The notes beneath the pieces were generated by a model. It made no database searches. It was not told the DNA's origin and saw only the letters and a list, made by a program, of their open reading frames with translations. The position numbers were made by a program, and so were the translations under genes. Positions 9,505 to 18,723 of a stretch of 64,000 nt of DNA are shown piece after piece. Every line of letters starts with the position of its first letter. The first letter of the stretch is position 1. Source of the stretch: Acidobacteriota bacterium (GTDB lineage: Bacteria > Acidobacteriota > UBA890 > WLXD01); the NCBI GenBank assembly GCA_965248695.1, contig CBDFKD010000002.1:608001-672000 (forward strand). The letters run 5' to 3'.

Positions 9505-10152
9505 GTGAGCCTGAGCGAGCGAATCGGGTTTTGGCGCCAGTTCCGCCGCCAATCGGTCCTCACGGGGGCCGTGACGCCGTCGTCCAGATACCTGGCGCGA
9601 GTCATGGTGCGGCCATTCCGACGCCAGCGACAGGCGGAGCGCGAAAAGGCTTTCCGGGTGGTCGAGATGGGGTCGGGAACCGGTGCCGTCACCTGTGAGA
9701 TCGCGCGTCTCCTGAGGCCCGGGGATGCCCTGGACTGCTATGAGATCGACGCCGGCTTCGCCCAGTATCTTAGGCAGCGAGTCGCCACCGACAGGCAATT
9801 CGAGGCGGCGCGTGACTCTATCCGCGTGCACGCGAGCCCGGCACAGACGGCCGAGGCGGAGGATCGCATCGACTTCGTCATCTGCAGCGTGCCGCTGAAC
9901 AACTTCGAGCCCGCCGGCGTGCAAGAGATCTTTGACGCCGGGGCGCAACTCCTGCACGGACGCGGCTGGTTCACGTACTTCGAGTACGTCGCACTGCCAT
10001 CGCTCAGGCGGTTGTTTGTGAGCGCAAAGGAAAGCGCGCGGATCGATGCGGTACGTCGCGCCAAGCGCGAGTACGACGCCGCCGGCGTGGAAACGCAGAT
10101 CGTCTGGGCCAACGTTCCGCCGGCGCGAGCGGTCCATCGACGCCTCGGGTAG
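9505..10152 (+). CDS. Class I SAM methyltransferase, phospholipid/ornithine-lipid N-methyltransferase (PmtA/OlsG)-like
   Basis: TGAVTPSSRYLA, EMGSGTG, CSVP and NVPPARA motifs. Confidence 0.8.
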   Translation: MSLSERIGFWRQFRRQSVLTGAVTPSSRYLARVMVRPFRRQRQAEREKAFRVVEMGSGTGAVTCEIARLLRPGDALDCYEIDAGFAQYLRQRVATDRQFEAARDSIRVHASPAQTAEAEDRIDFVICSVPLNNFEPAGVQEIFDAGAQLLHGRGWFTYFEYVALPSLRRLFVSAKESARIDAVRRAKREYDAAGVETQIVWANVPPARAVHRRLG

Positions 10153-10173
10153 AGCGGGGCGCCCAGCTACAGG

Positions 10174-11292
10174 CTAGCCATCGGCCAGCGTCGCAAGAAA
10201 GACGTCCACATCACCGACCGTGTTCCAGAGGCCGGGTGCGACGCGCAATCCGCCTTCTCGCAGGCTGACGCCGACGCCGGCTTCGCGAAGCCGTTCGTGT
10301 GCCGTGCGCGTGATCTGCGCTGTCTCGCCGACGAGTCGCATGATCGTCGAGCGCTGCTCGTGAACCAGCGAGCTGGCGACACGAAAACCCGCCGGTAGCC
10401 CGGCTATCAATCGATCCAGGAGTGCCATCGCGTGGCCGTTGACAGCCTCGCTGCCGGTCTCGACCAGGAGCTCGAGCGACTCTGCCATCGCAGCGCCATG
10501 AATGAACGCCGCCGTTTCGGGGGTGTCGAACCGGATGGCACCCGGACGGTGTCGTGGCTCGAGGTCCAGCAGCCGGTTGAAATCGTCGGCACCGACGATC
10601 GTCGCCCAGTTGAACGTCGGCAGCCTGAGGCGATCGACCCATGCCGGGTGAACGTAGGTGAGTCCGGTTCCGTACGGCGACATCAACCACTTGTAGCCCG
10701 CCACCGCGACCACCGACGCGTTGCAACTCGACACGTCGAACGGAATGACGCCGACCGACTGCGAGGCGTCGATCACGAAGAGCGCACCATGCTCCTCGCA
10801 AACGGCGCCGATGGCCTCGAGGTCCAACCGGCGGCCGGTGGCGAAGTTCACGTGACCGACGCTCACGACCCGGGTGCGCGAGGAGACTGCCGTCAGCAGC
10901 TGATCGGGGTCGACCAACTCGACTTCGACGCCAAGCGACCGCAGCGCGCGCCAAGGAAGGTTGTTGGCAGGGAACTCGCCGGTGGGCAGAACAACATGGT
11001 CTCCCGGATTCCAGTCGAGCCCACAGGCGACGAGGCTGATGCCATGCGAGGCGCCGGTAGCCACGGCCACGTCCTCGGGGGCGCAGCCAAGCAGCACCGA
11101 TGCGGCGTCACGAATGCGATCAGGCAGCGCGAAATAGGCGCTGTCATCGAGTCCCGAGGGGTCGCGCTTCCAGTCCAGCGCGCGCTCCGCCGCAGCGATC
11201 GCGCGCCGCGGCATCGGGCCCTGGTTCGCCCCATCCAGGTAAACACGTCCACGAAGGTCGAAGGCGTGGCTGAGGTCGAGCGCCGCCGTCAA
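10174..11292 (-). CDS. Class V PLP aminotransferase / cysteine desulfurase-like
   Basis: YLDGANQGP, DASQSVG, AGYKW. Start reassigned to TTG 11292, which overlaps the LOG gene stop. Confidence 0.85.
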   Translation of the reverse strand: MTAALDLSHAFDLRGRVYLDGANQGPMPRRAIAAAERALDWKRDPSGLDDSAYFALPDRIRDAASVLLGCAPEDVAVATGASHGISLVACGLDWNPGDHVVLPTGEFPANNLPWRALRSLGVEVELVDPDQLLTAVSSRTRVVSVGHVNFATGRRLDLEAIGAVCEEHGALFVIDASQSVGVIPFDVSSCNASVVAVAGYKWLMSPYGTGLTYVHPAWVDRLRLPTFNWATIVGADDFNRLLDLEPRHRPGAIRFDTPETAAFIHGAAMAESLELLVETGSEAVNGHAMALLDRLIAGLPAGFRVASSLVHEQRSTIMRLVGETAQITRTAHERLREAGVGVSLREGGLRVAPGLWNTVGDVDVFLATLADG

Positions 11293-12152
11293 AGAGGCGA
11301 ATCCTCTGAGGCCGGATATGCCTCGTAGAAGCGATCGATCGCCGCCCAGGCTTCGGCGGCCGTGTCGGCCCAGCTGATCAAATCGAGATCCGCGGGGCTG
11401 ATCGTGCCCGCGGCGGCGAGCGCCTCCAGATTCACTACCTGCGACCACCAGGCCTGACCGAAAATGACTACCGGGATCCGCCGCATCTTGCCCGTCTGGA
11501 TGAGCGTCAGAGTCTCGAACAGCTCGTCGAGAGTTCCGAAGCCTCCCGGGAACGCCACCATCGCGCGAGCACGCAGCAGAAAGTGCATCTTGCGCATGGC
11601 GAAGTAGTGGAAGTTGAAGCACAGCTCCGGTGTGATGTACGGATTCGGGTGCTGCTCGTGCTCGATCTCTATGTTGAACGCCATCGTGGTCTGACCCGAC
11701 TCGCTGGCGCCGCGATTCGCCGCTTCCATGATTCCCGGTCCACCACCGGTTGTCACCACGAAGTCGTGCGGCGCACCTTCTCGCTGATACTTGGCCGCCA
11801 TCGACGCGAAGCGTCGAGCCTCCTCGTAGTAAGGGACCAGCTCGCCCAGGCTGAGCGCGTGAGCGTGCGCGGCGCGGGCGTCGAGATCCTCGGGAGCGGC
11901 ATCGAGCGCCTCCTGGGTGCGGGACCGAGCTTCTTCGGCAGCCTCAGGAGAAGGAATCCGTGCGCTGCCGAAGACCACGATCGTCGATTGGATGTCCATC
12001 TCCAGCTGCATCAGCTGCGGCTTGGCGTATTCCAAGGCCAAACGGAAGCTGCGCACCTGCGGACGACCGAGGAAGTCGGGATCCTGGAAAGCCAGCCGGT
12101 GACTCGGCAAGTCGCACAACGGGGCCGACGGATCGCTGTCGTCGCTCATCAC
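11289..12152 (-). CDS. LOG family (TIGR00730-like) nucleotide phosphoribohydrolase
   Basis: VFGSAR, TGGGPGIMEAANRG, RKMHF and PGGFGTLDE motifs. Confidence 0.92.
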   Translation of the reverse strand: MMSDDSDPSAPLCDLPSHRLAFQDPDFLGRPQVRSFRLALEYAKPQLMQLEMDIQSTIVVFGSARIPSPEAAEEARSRTQEALDAAPEDLDARAAHAHALSLGELVPYYEEARRFASMAAKYQREGAPHDFVVTTGGGPGIMEAANRGASESGQTTMAFNIEIEHEQHPNPYITPELCFNFHYFAMRKMHFLLRARAMVAFPGGFGTLDELFETLTLIQTGKMRRIPVVIFGQAWWSQVVNLEALAAAGTISPADLDLISWADTAAEAWAAIDRFYEAYPASEDSPL

Positions 12153-12170
12153 ATGAGCATACTCGCCACC

Positions 12171-12200
12171 CTGGCAGGCCGTGGTGAAAGTGTGGTGCCG
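12171..12200 (+). repeat. Solo copy of the MITE/REP terminal repeat
   Basis: CTGG-CAGGCCGTGGTGAAAGTGTGGTGCC matches the termini at 40961, 41231, 59229 and 59303. Confidence 0.75.
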
Positions 12201-12218
12201 GGGCGCTCTGTTACTGAC

Positions 12219-13874
12219 TCAGAGAGACTTCCCTAGCGAGTCGACCACAACCTCGAGCGACTCCGCTGCCGGTGCGCGCAGGTGCACTCGCGCCACCGGG
12301 CGTTGCCGTTCGCGCAACGCCCCGACGTCGCCACCGGCCTGGGCCAGCGCCAGCGTGCCGAACGTGTAGGGGCGGCCCGGGATCCCCAGATCCTCGGGAT
12401 CGTCGGCCGTAAACACCACGTAGACGCCCGTTGGCGGGCCGCCCTTGTGCAGCTGACCGGTCGAATGCAAATAGCCCGGCCCCCATCCGAGCGTGGTCAC
12501 TACGCTCAGCTGCGCGGTGATCAACGCTCGGATCTCGTCGAGCCGAGACTTGATTCGCTCCGTGTCGGGTAGGAACGCCAGCAGGGCGCAGTATCCGCTC
12601 GGGACCTCCGCGCAGTGCCGCGCCAGCCAAGGCCCGAGTGCGGCCGCGTCGCCCGGATCGGCGGCCGACTCGGGCGAGACCGTCAGACACGGCTGCTCCT
12701 CGTCGAAGCTCGACGAGGGCACCGGGGCGCCTGCCCCGTCCTGGGAGGCCTTGAGCAGGCGCCGGGTGCGCGCCTTCGAGGCCGCGACGTCTGGCTCGTC
12801 GAACGGGTTGATCCCCATCAGCGCGCCGGCGGCGGCAACCGCGACCTCCCAGCGCAAGAACTCGGCGCCGAGGTCAGCGGGATCCGATAGCGTGTAGCGA
12901 ACGACCGGATGCCCGGCCGAAGCCAACTCCTCGCCGGCGCTCCCACTTTCGGCGGCGTCCACCTCGTCGATGCCCTCGAGGATGACGAACACCCGGTCAG
13001 CTCGGTACGCGGCAGTGGGTGGAGGCTCGTGCGTGACCGGCACCAGGCCCTTGCCCTCCTTGCCGGTGGACTCGGCGACGAGCTGTTCGACCCAGTCGGC
13101 GAAGCCAGCCAATCGTGGCGATGCGAGAACCGTCAGCTTGTCGCGCCCGGCGGCGGCGGCCTCCGCCAACAGAATCCCGAGTCTGACGGACCCGTCGGCA
13201 GTCGAACGTCGCCGTGATTCTGCGTCCAACGCTGCGTCCACCAGTGCGGAGACCGGAACCCCGGCAAGCGCGGCGGGCAAGAGACCGAAGTACGAGAGGG
13301 CCGAGAACCTGCCGCCGACATCGGCGCGATTGCACCACACCCGACCACCGAGTTGCTCGACTCGCGCCTCCAATTCACTGCCGGCGTCGGTGATCGCAAG
13401 TAGCTCAATGCTCGCCCCCGACCGTTTCGAAGTGCCCAGGAACCAGTCCGCGAGAGCGGCTGTTTCGACCGTTGTGCCCGACTTGCTGGCCACGATGATG
13501 ACTGCGCCCTCGAGATCGACGGAGCGCGCCAAGTGCACGAGGACAGCCGGCACCGTGGAGTCGACCACCCGGAGGCGATCGGCGCCAAAGACGTTCGCGC
13601 ACGCCCTCGCCGCCAGGCTGCTACCGCCCATACCGATCAGCAGAACCGTGCCGTCGTGTGCCATCGGCCAGACGACTTCACGCATGTTGGTGGGAAGCTG
13701 GAGCCACCCGAGGCGGGCGCCCACGGATTCTCGGTCAGCGTCCCCATGGGCCCACAGGTCCGGGTCGCCGGCGCACAGTCTGGCGCCGAATCCTTCGCGA
13801 TCAAGCCGCGCGGCCCGCGCGTCAACGGCCGCAAGGAGTGTTGCCGGAAGGTGTTCCTGCTCAGCCGTCGACAT
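12219..13874 (-). CDS. pgi: Glucose-6-phosphate isomerase (type resembling the PGI half of Tal-Pgi fusions)
   Basis: GMGGSSL, SKSGTTVET, GGRFSALS, EQLVAESTGK, HSTGQLHKGG. Start taken at ATG 13874 (MSTAEQ). Confidence 0.88.
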   Translation of the reverse strand: MSTAEQEHLPATLLAAVDARAARLDREGFGARLCAGDPDLWAHGDADRESVGARLGWLQLPTNMREVVWPMAHDGTVLLIGMGGSSLAARACANVFGADRLRVVDSTVPAVLVHLARSVDLEGAVIIVASKSGTTVETAALADWFLGTSKRSGASIELLAITDAGSELEARVEQLGGRVWCNRADVGGRFSALSYFGLLPAALAGVPVSALVDAALDAESRRRSTADGSVRLGILLAEAAAAGRDKLTVLASPRLAGFADWVEQLVAESTGKEGKGLVPVTHEPPPTAAYRADRVFVILEGIDEVDAAESGSAGEELASAGHPVVRYTLSDPADLGAEFLRWEVAVAAAGALMGINPFDEPDVAASKARTRRLLKASQDGAGAPVPSSSFDEEQPCLTVSPESAADPGDAAALGPWLARHCAEVPSGYCALLAFLPDTERIKSRLDEIRALITAQLSVVTTLGWGPGYLHSTGQLHKGGPPTGVYVVFTADDPEDLGIPGRPYTFGTLALAQAGGDVGALRERQRPVARVHLRAPAAESLEVVVDSLGKSL

Positions 13875-14430
13875 TTCCGGCGGACAGCGCCGTAGCTCGC
13901 TGTTGCTTGCGCCGGCGCGCTTCGAAGGCTTCCTCCAGTTCCTCGATCTTCTGCAACAGGCGCCGATGGCGATCTTCGCCGGAGAACTCGTTCGCGACCC
14001 AGGCGCGCACGATCTCGGAGGCGAGCTCCGGACCCAGCACTCGCGCCCCAAGGCACAGCAGGTTGGCGTCGGCGATCTGGCGCGCCTGGCGCGCGCTCAC
14101 CGCGTTGGCACAGTGCGCTGCCCGGATGCCCGGGATCTTGTTCGCCGCGATGCTCGCCGCCGCGCCGGAGCCGCAGACGATAACGGCGAGATCAGCGTCG
14201 CCCGAGAGCAACGCCTGCGCAACAATCGTAACGATGTCGGCGATATCCGCCGCCTCGCCGAGCCCGCCGCCGTGCACCCCGTGATCCTTTGCCGCGTGGC
14301 GCTCTTCTCGCAGCTCCGCCACCAGCTTTTCCTTCAGCTGATGCCCCTCGTGATCCGCTCCTAGGGCCACCCGACGAGATGTGCTCGCCACATCCTTGAC
14401 CGGCGCGTGTTGGTTGGTGGCTACCGCCAT
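13861..14430 (-). CDS. rpiB: Ribose-5-phosphate isomerase B
   Basis: GADHEG, CGSG, AANKIPGIRAA and ANLLCLGARV motifs. Confidence 0.9.
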   Translation of the reverse strand: MAVATNQHAPVKDVASTSRRVALGADHEGHQLKEKLVAELREERHAAKDHGVHGGGLGEAADIADIVTIVAQALLSGDADLAVIVCGSGAAASIAANKIPGIRAAHCANAVSARQARQIADANLLCLGARVLGPELASEIVRAWVANEFSGEDRHRRLLQKIEELEEAFEARRRKQQRATALSAGNVDG

Positions 14431-14445
14431 TGTCCCGTTCCGTCG

Positions 14446-16473
14446 TCAGTGCTGTTGGAGCAAGGCACGTGCACTGGCCTCGACGTGATCCTCGGTGAAC
14501 CCGAACTTCTTCATGTTTACCGGCGACGGTGCCGACGCACCGAAACGGTCGATGCCGATGACGCAGCCCCGCGGACCGGCGTAGCGACTCCAACCGAACG
14601 TCGTGCCGGCCTCCACCACAAGACGGTTTTCCACGCTCGGCGGCAATACCGCATCACGGTATTCGGTTTCCTGTCGCTCGAACAGCTCCCACGAGGGCAT
14701 GCTCACGACGCGAGCAGCGATTCCGTCTTCAGTCAGACGGCCGTGGGCCGCCGCCACCAGCTGCAGCTCGGAGCCGCTCGCAATGAGAATGATCTGCGGC
14801 TCTTCGCCATCGCGTGCATCCGCAAAGACGTAGGCACCACGCCGAGCAGCGCTCGGCGCGGCATCGGATACCAGCACCGGCAGCTTCTGGCGCGTCAGCG
14901 CAATTGCAACCGGACCGTTCTCTTCAATGGCAGCAGCCCACGCCTCACGAGTCTCGTTGGCATCTCCTGGTCGAATCACCACCAGGCCGGGCATCGCACG
15001 CAGTGATGCGAGCTGTTCGATCGGCTGATGCGTGGGCCCATCCTCACCGACACCGATGCTGTCGTGGGTGTAAACGTAGATCGTCGGCAACCGCATGAGC
15101 GCCGCCAGACGGACGGACGGACGCATGTAGTCGGAGAAAATGAGAAACGTGCCGCCGTACGGCCTGAGGCCACGGTGCAGCGCCATACCGTTCATCATCG
15201 CGCCCATGGCGTGCTCGCGAACGCCGAATCTCAAGTTTCGTCCAGCGTAGTCACTGCGACTCAGGTCATCGTGGCCGTCCAGCAGGGTCTTGTTGGAGCC
15301 GGCCAAGTCCGCCGAGCCACCAATCAGCTCGGGCACAACGGCGGCGAGCGCGTTGAGCACTTTCCCCGATGCGGCGCGAGTTGCCATCGGCCCGTCGCCG
15401 GGGCCGAAGGGCGGCAATTCGGCCTCCCAATGGGCTGGCAGGTCACCGGCAGTCCGGCGTGTGAGCTCGGCGGCGAGCGCAGGGTGCGCGTGCGCATAGC
15501 GATCCATTTCCTGACGCCATGCCCCCTCCTGTGCCTCGCCCTCGTCAACCGCCCGCTGCAGATGGGCTCGCACCTCATCCGGAACGTGGAAGTCAGGATC
15601 TGCCTGCCAGCCGAGCTGGCGCTTGGTGAGCGCCAACTCGTCGACGCCCAGAGGCTCGCCGTGTGCCTTCGACGTGTTCTCCCGGTTCGGACTGCCATAG
15701 CCGATACGCGTCCGGATGGCGATCAGGGATGGCTGGCCCTCGACCGCCTTGGCGGCATGGATCGCGGCATCGATGGCATCCAGATCGTTGCCGTCCGGTA
15801 CGGACTGTGTGTGCCAACCACACGCCGCGTAGCGCGCCGGGACATCTTCGGAAAACGCCAGCGCCGTCTCGCCCTCGATGGTGATCTGATTGTCGTCGTA
15901 CAGAACGACGAGCTTGCCGAGACCAAGGTGCCCGGCGAGCGATGCCGCTTCGGCCTGCACGCCCTCCATCATGTCGCCGTCGCTGGCCATCACGAACGTG
16001 TGATGGTCGACCGGCCGATGCTCGTCACGGTTGAACTCGGCGGCCAGTCGAGCCTCGGCCAGGGCCATGCCGACGGCGTTGCCGAATCCCTGTCCGAGAG
16101 GCCCGGTGGTTGTCTCGACGCCGGGGGTTTCGCCGTACTCCGGATGTCCCGGCGTGGCGCTACCCCACTGGCGGAATTGCTTGAGGTCCTCGATAGACAG
16201 TTCGTAGCCAGTGAGATGCAGCAACGAGTACAGCAGCATCGAGGCGTGCCCCGCCGAGAGCACGAAGCGGTCTCGGTCAGGCCAATCCGGGTTGCGCGGG
16301 TTGTGTTTCAGGTGCCGGGTCCACAACACGTATGCCATCGGCGCGGCGCCCATCGGCATACCGGGATGCCCGGATTCGGCACGTTGGACTGCCTCGGCGG
16401 ACAGCAGTCGGATCGTGTTGACAGCGAGCATGTCGACCGAGGTGGCGATCGAAGCAGGCTGGGTCGTTGGCAT
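14446..16473 (-). CDS. tkt: Transketolase
   Basis: [46 protein letters not shown]. Confidence 0.97.
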   Translation of the reverse strand: MPTTQPASIATSVDMLAVNTIRLLSAEAVQRAESGHPGMPMGAAPMAYVLWTRHLKHNPRNPDWPDRDRFVLSAGHASMLLYSLLHLTGYELSIEDLKQFRQWGSATPGHPEYGETPGVETTTGPLGQGFGNAVGMALAEARLAAEFNRDEHRPVDHHTFVMASDGDMMEGVQAEAASLAGHLGLGKLVVLYDDNQITIEGETALAFSEDVPARYAACGWHTQSVPDGNDLDAIDAAIHAAKAVEGQPSLIAIRTRIGYGSPNRENTSKAHGEPLGVDELALTKRQLGWQADPDFHVPDEVRAHLQRAVDEGEAQEGAWRQEMDRYAHAHPALAAELTRRTAGDLPAHWEAELPPFGPGDGPMATRAASGKVLNALAAVVPELIGGSADLAGSNKTLLDGHDDLSRSDYAGRNLRFGVREHAMGAMMNGMALHRGLRPYGGTFLIFSDYMRPSVRLAALMRLPTIYVYTHDSIGVGEDGPTHQPIEQLASLRAMPGLVVIRPGDANETREAWAAAIEENGPVAIALTRQKLPVLVSDAAPSAARRGAYVFADARDGEEPQIILIASGSELQLVAAAHGRLTEDGIAARVVSMPSWELFERQETEYRDAVLPPSVENRLVVEAGTTFGWSRYAGPRGCVIGIDRFGASAPSPVNMKKFGFTEDHVEASARALLQQH

Positions 16474-16711
16474 GCCTTTTCCCCCCGGAGACTAGCTAGA
16501 CACGAAGCTATCGCAGCAGGCCCGAAGCCGCGCCGCCGCATTCCGTCGCGCGATGTTACTCGGGCAGCAGCGGCCACAGTGTAGCAGCAGGAAGCCAGGG
16601 CACCGATTGCGCGGCCCGGTCGCCAACGAGGCGCAAGAAACGCCTTCGTAACCGCGGGCCCGCTTGCTACGATCTAGTGGATTGAGCGAGAACCCTCTGA
16701 GCCTGGTGCCA

Positions 16712-18121
16712 ATGTCACGTCTTCCGTCAGCAATCGTCATCGTGACGTTGTGCGCCTGCGCCTGCGCCGCGCCGCCGGTGCCGTTCTCTTTGCGTTTCAC
16801 GGTGTTCCCCACCGCGGAGGGAGCGGACGTGATCGTCGAAGTACACGGCGGGCGCGATGATCTCGCCTGGGTCGGGTTCGCCGCGGGACCAGGCGCACCG
16901 GCCAATCTACCCGAGCGCGTTCACTCCGTGCAGGCCCGCACCCTCGATGGTCGACGGCTGCCGCAGCGCCGTCACGGAACCGACGGGTATCAGGTCGAGC
17001 TGGAAGACTCGAGGTGGCAACTCAGCTACAGCCTCGACCTGCGACCGCGCTCCGGCGATGACATCTTCTATCGCTCGAGCGTGCGCGAGGACGACTATCT
17101 CATTCTCGTCGGATCGGACGCCTGGGCGCGCTTCTATACTAGCCCGGACGCGCTGGCGACGAGCCCGAACGAGAGACCCGGCGGTGTGGTCCTGGAAGCG
17201 CAAGCGGCGTTCAATCTGCCCGATCGGCCGGCTCAGTGGAAGGTTGCAACGACTGCCCGGACGCGCAACCCACGGACCTTCGAGCTCACCGAGCACCCGA
17301 CCGCCAGTGTCTTCGCGCTCGGTCCTTTCGAGATCCGGGACGTCGTTGAAGTGCCGGGGCTAACGGTCGCGATACACCCTCGATGGGGCGTCCTCAGCGA
17401 TTCGATCGAGACGCTGACCGGTACGCTGTTGCAGTCACATCGGGCCCACCTGGGACCGCCGGGTAGCACCACGGCACTGGCGTTGATGAGTCCGTTGCCG
17501 CAGTCACTCGGCCCCACTGGCGGGCTGCGAACCGCCGGCATGGTGCGTAGCCGGTCGTTGATTCTCTACGCCGGAACCAGCCCCCGTATCCAGCCCGACG
17601 AACCCCAACTGCGCGAGTCCATGGCCGTCTTCTTAGGACATGAGCTCTTTCATCTCTGGGTGCCGTCCGGCGTCCAGGTAACGCGCGAGCTGTCATGGCT
17701 ATCAGAAGGCTGGGCGATGCACATGGGGCGCCTGGCGGCGATCGACGTTGGCTGGCTCAGCGAGCAGGCGAGCGTTGAGCGGCTCCAAGATGCCTACCGG
17801 CGCTATCTCGACATCGGCGGCTATAGAGCCGGCAGCCTGCCCGAGGCGAGCATGGGAAGCGAGAGCCGACGCGACCTTCTGTATCTCCGCGGTGAGCTGG
17901 TGTTCCGTCTGCTGGAACGACAATGGGCATTGACCAACACCGGCAACTTCGAGGCCGAGCTCTGGCGCGCCCTGGCCAAGGCATACGATGGCCGCGTGCC
18001 GCTCGACGCCGAGCGCGTCCGATCGGCACTCGCGTCGTTGGTCGACCGCGGCACCGTCCGTCGATACGTCGAGGGCACCTCGCCGCTAACGCCCTCGGCG
18101 CTGGGTTTGCGCCGACGGTGA
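16712..18121 (+). CDS. Gluzincin metallopeptidase (M61/M1-like), probable lipoprotein
   Basis: HELFH plus downstream WLSEG; YLRGELV; hydrophobic N-terminus ending in CACAC. Start taken at MSRLP. Confidence 0.75.
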   Translation: MSRLPSAIVIVTLCACACAAPPVPFSLRFTVFPTAEGADVIVEVHGGRDDLAWVGFAAGPGAPANLPERVHSVQARTLDGRRLPQRRHGTDGYQVELEDSRWQLSYSLDLRPRSGDDIFYRSSVREDDYLILVGSDAWARFYTSPDALATSPNERPGGVVLEAQAAFNLPDRPAQWKVATTARTRNPRTFELTEHPTASVFALGPFEIRDVVEVPGLTVAIHPRWGVLSDSIETLTGTLLQSHRAHLGPPGSTTALALMSPLPQSLGPTGGLRTAGMVRSRSLILYAGTSPRIQPDEPQLRESMAVFLGHELFHLWVPSGVQVTRELSWLSEGWAMHMGRLAAIDVGWLSEQASVERLQDAYRRYLDIGGYRAGSLPEASMGSESRRDLLYLRGELVFRLLERQWALTNTGNFEAELWRALAKAYDGRVPLDAERVRSALASLVDRGTVRRYVEGTSPLTPSALGLRRR

Positions 18122-18711
18122 CCTGCCACCGGCCGCGGGCAATCCTGCTCGGGGCAGCGGTCATCACAGCCGGGCTGCTCTCGGGTAACTGCACGCCCAT
18201 CCGCGCACCCGACCGTAGCCAGAGTCACGCACGGAGCTTTGTTCCAGTCGAGCGGGGCGACCTCCTGCCCGACTTCGCGTTCGTCGATAGCGACGGCGTC
18301 CCGGTGAGCGACGCGGATCTCCGTGGTGCGGTCGTTGTGCTTACCTTCGCGGCACCGGGAGTCCCGTTCGTCGACGAGCTGCTGGGTCGTCTCGCGGCAG
18401 TTGAGCGCCGACTGGCGAGCAACGCCGAGACCACGAGGTTCGTTGTCTGCACCCTCGACTCCGCCGCCGCCGGCGAGGAGCCACTGAGCGTCGAGAGTCC
18501 GTCGGGCTGGCTGGTGCTAACCGGCCCGCCATCGCGCATCGCCGACCTCGCGACCCGCTTCGGCGTCATGACATGGAGGGAAGACGACCATCTAGCCCAT
18601 ACCCTGCTCGTTGTCGTCGTCAGTCCGGCCGGGCGAATCACCGACATGCTCGAGGGACTGAGCCCCTGGACGGTCGAAGATCTGCTCGCGTCGGTGGCCG
18701 CGGCCAGCTGA
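18118..18711 (+). CDS. SCO/thioredoxin-fold protein lacking CxxxC
   Basis: PDFAFVDSDG, DLRGAVVVLTF, WLVLTG, LAHT...VVSPAGRI. GTG start overlaps the upstream TGA. Confidence 0.72.
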   Translation: MTCHRPRAILLGAAVITAGLLSGNCTPIRAPDRSQSHARSFVPVERGDLLPDFAFVDSDGVPVSDADLRGAVVVLTFAAPGVPFVDELLGRLAAVERRLASNAETTRFVVCTLDSAAAGEEPLSVESPSGWLVLTGPPSRIADLATRFGVMTWREDDHLAHTLLVVVVSPAGRITDMLEGLSPWTVEDLLASVAAAS

Positions 18712-18723
18712 GCGCAGGCTCGC

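Noticed and set aside
15028-16584. Long antisense ORFs (also 12970-14364, 42379-43791 and 40082-41947)
   Set aside because: They overlap well-supported genes on the other strand or in another frame, have no motifs, and are expected in high-GC DNA.
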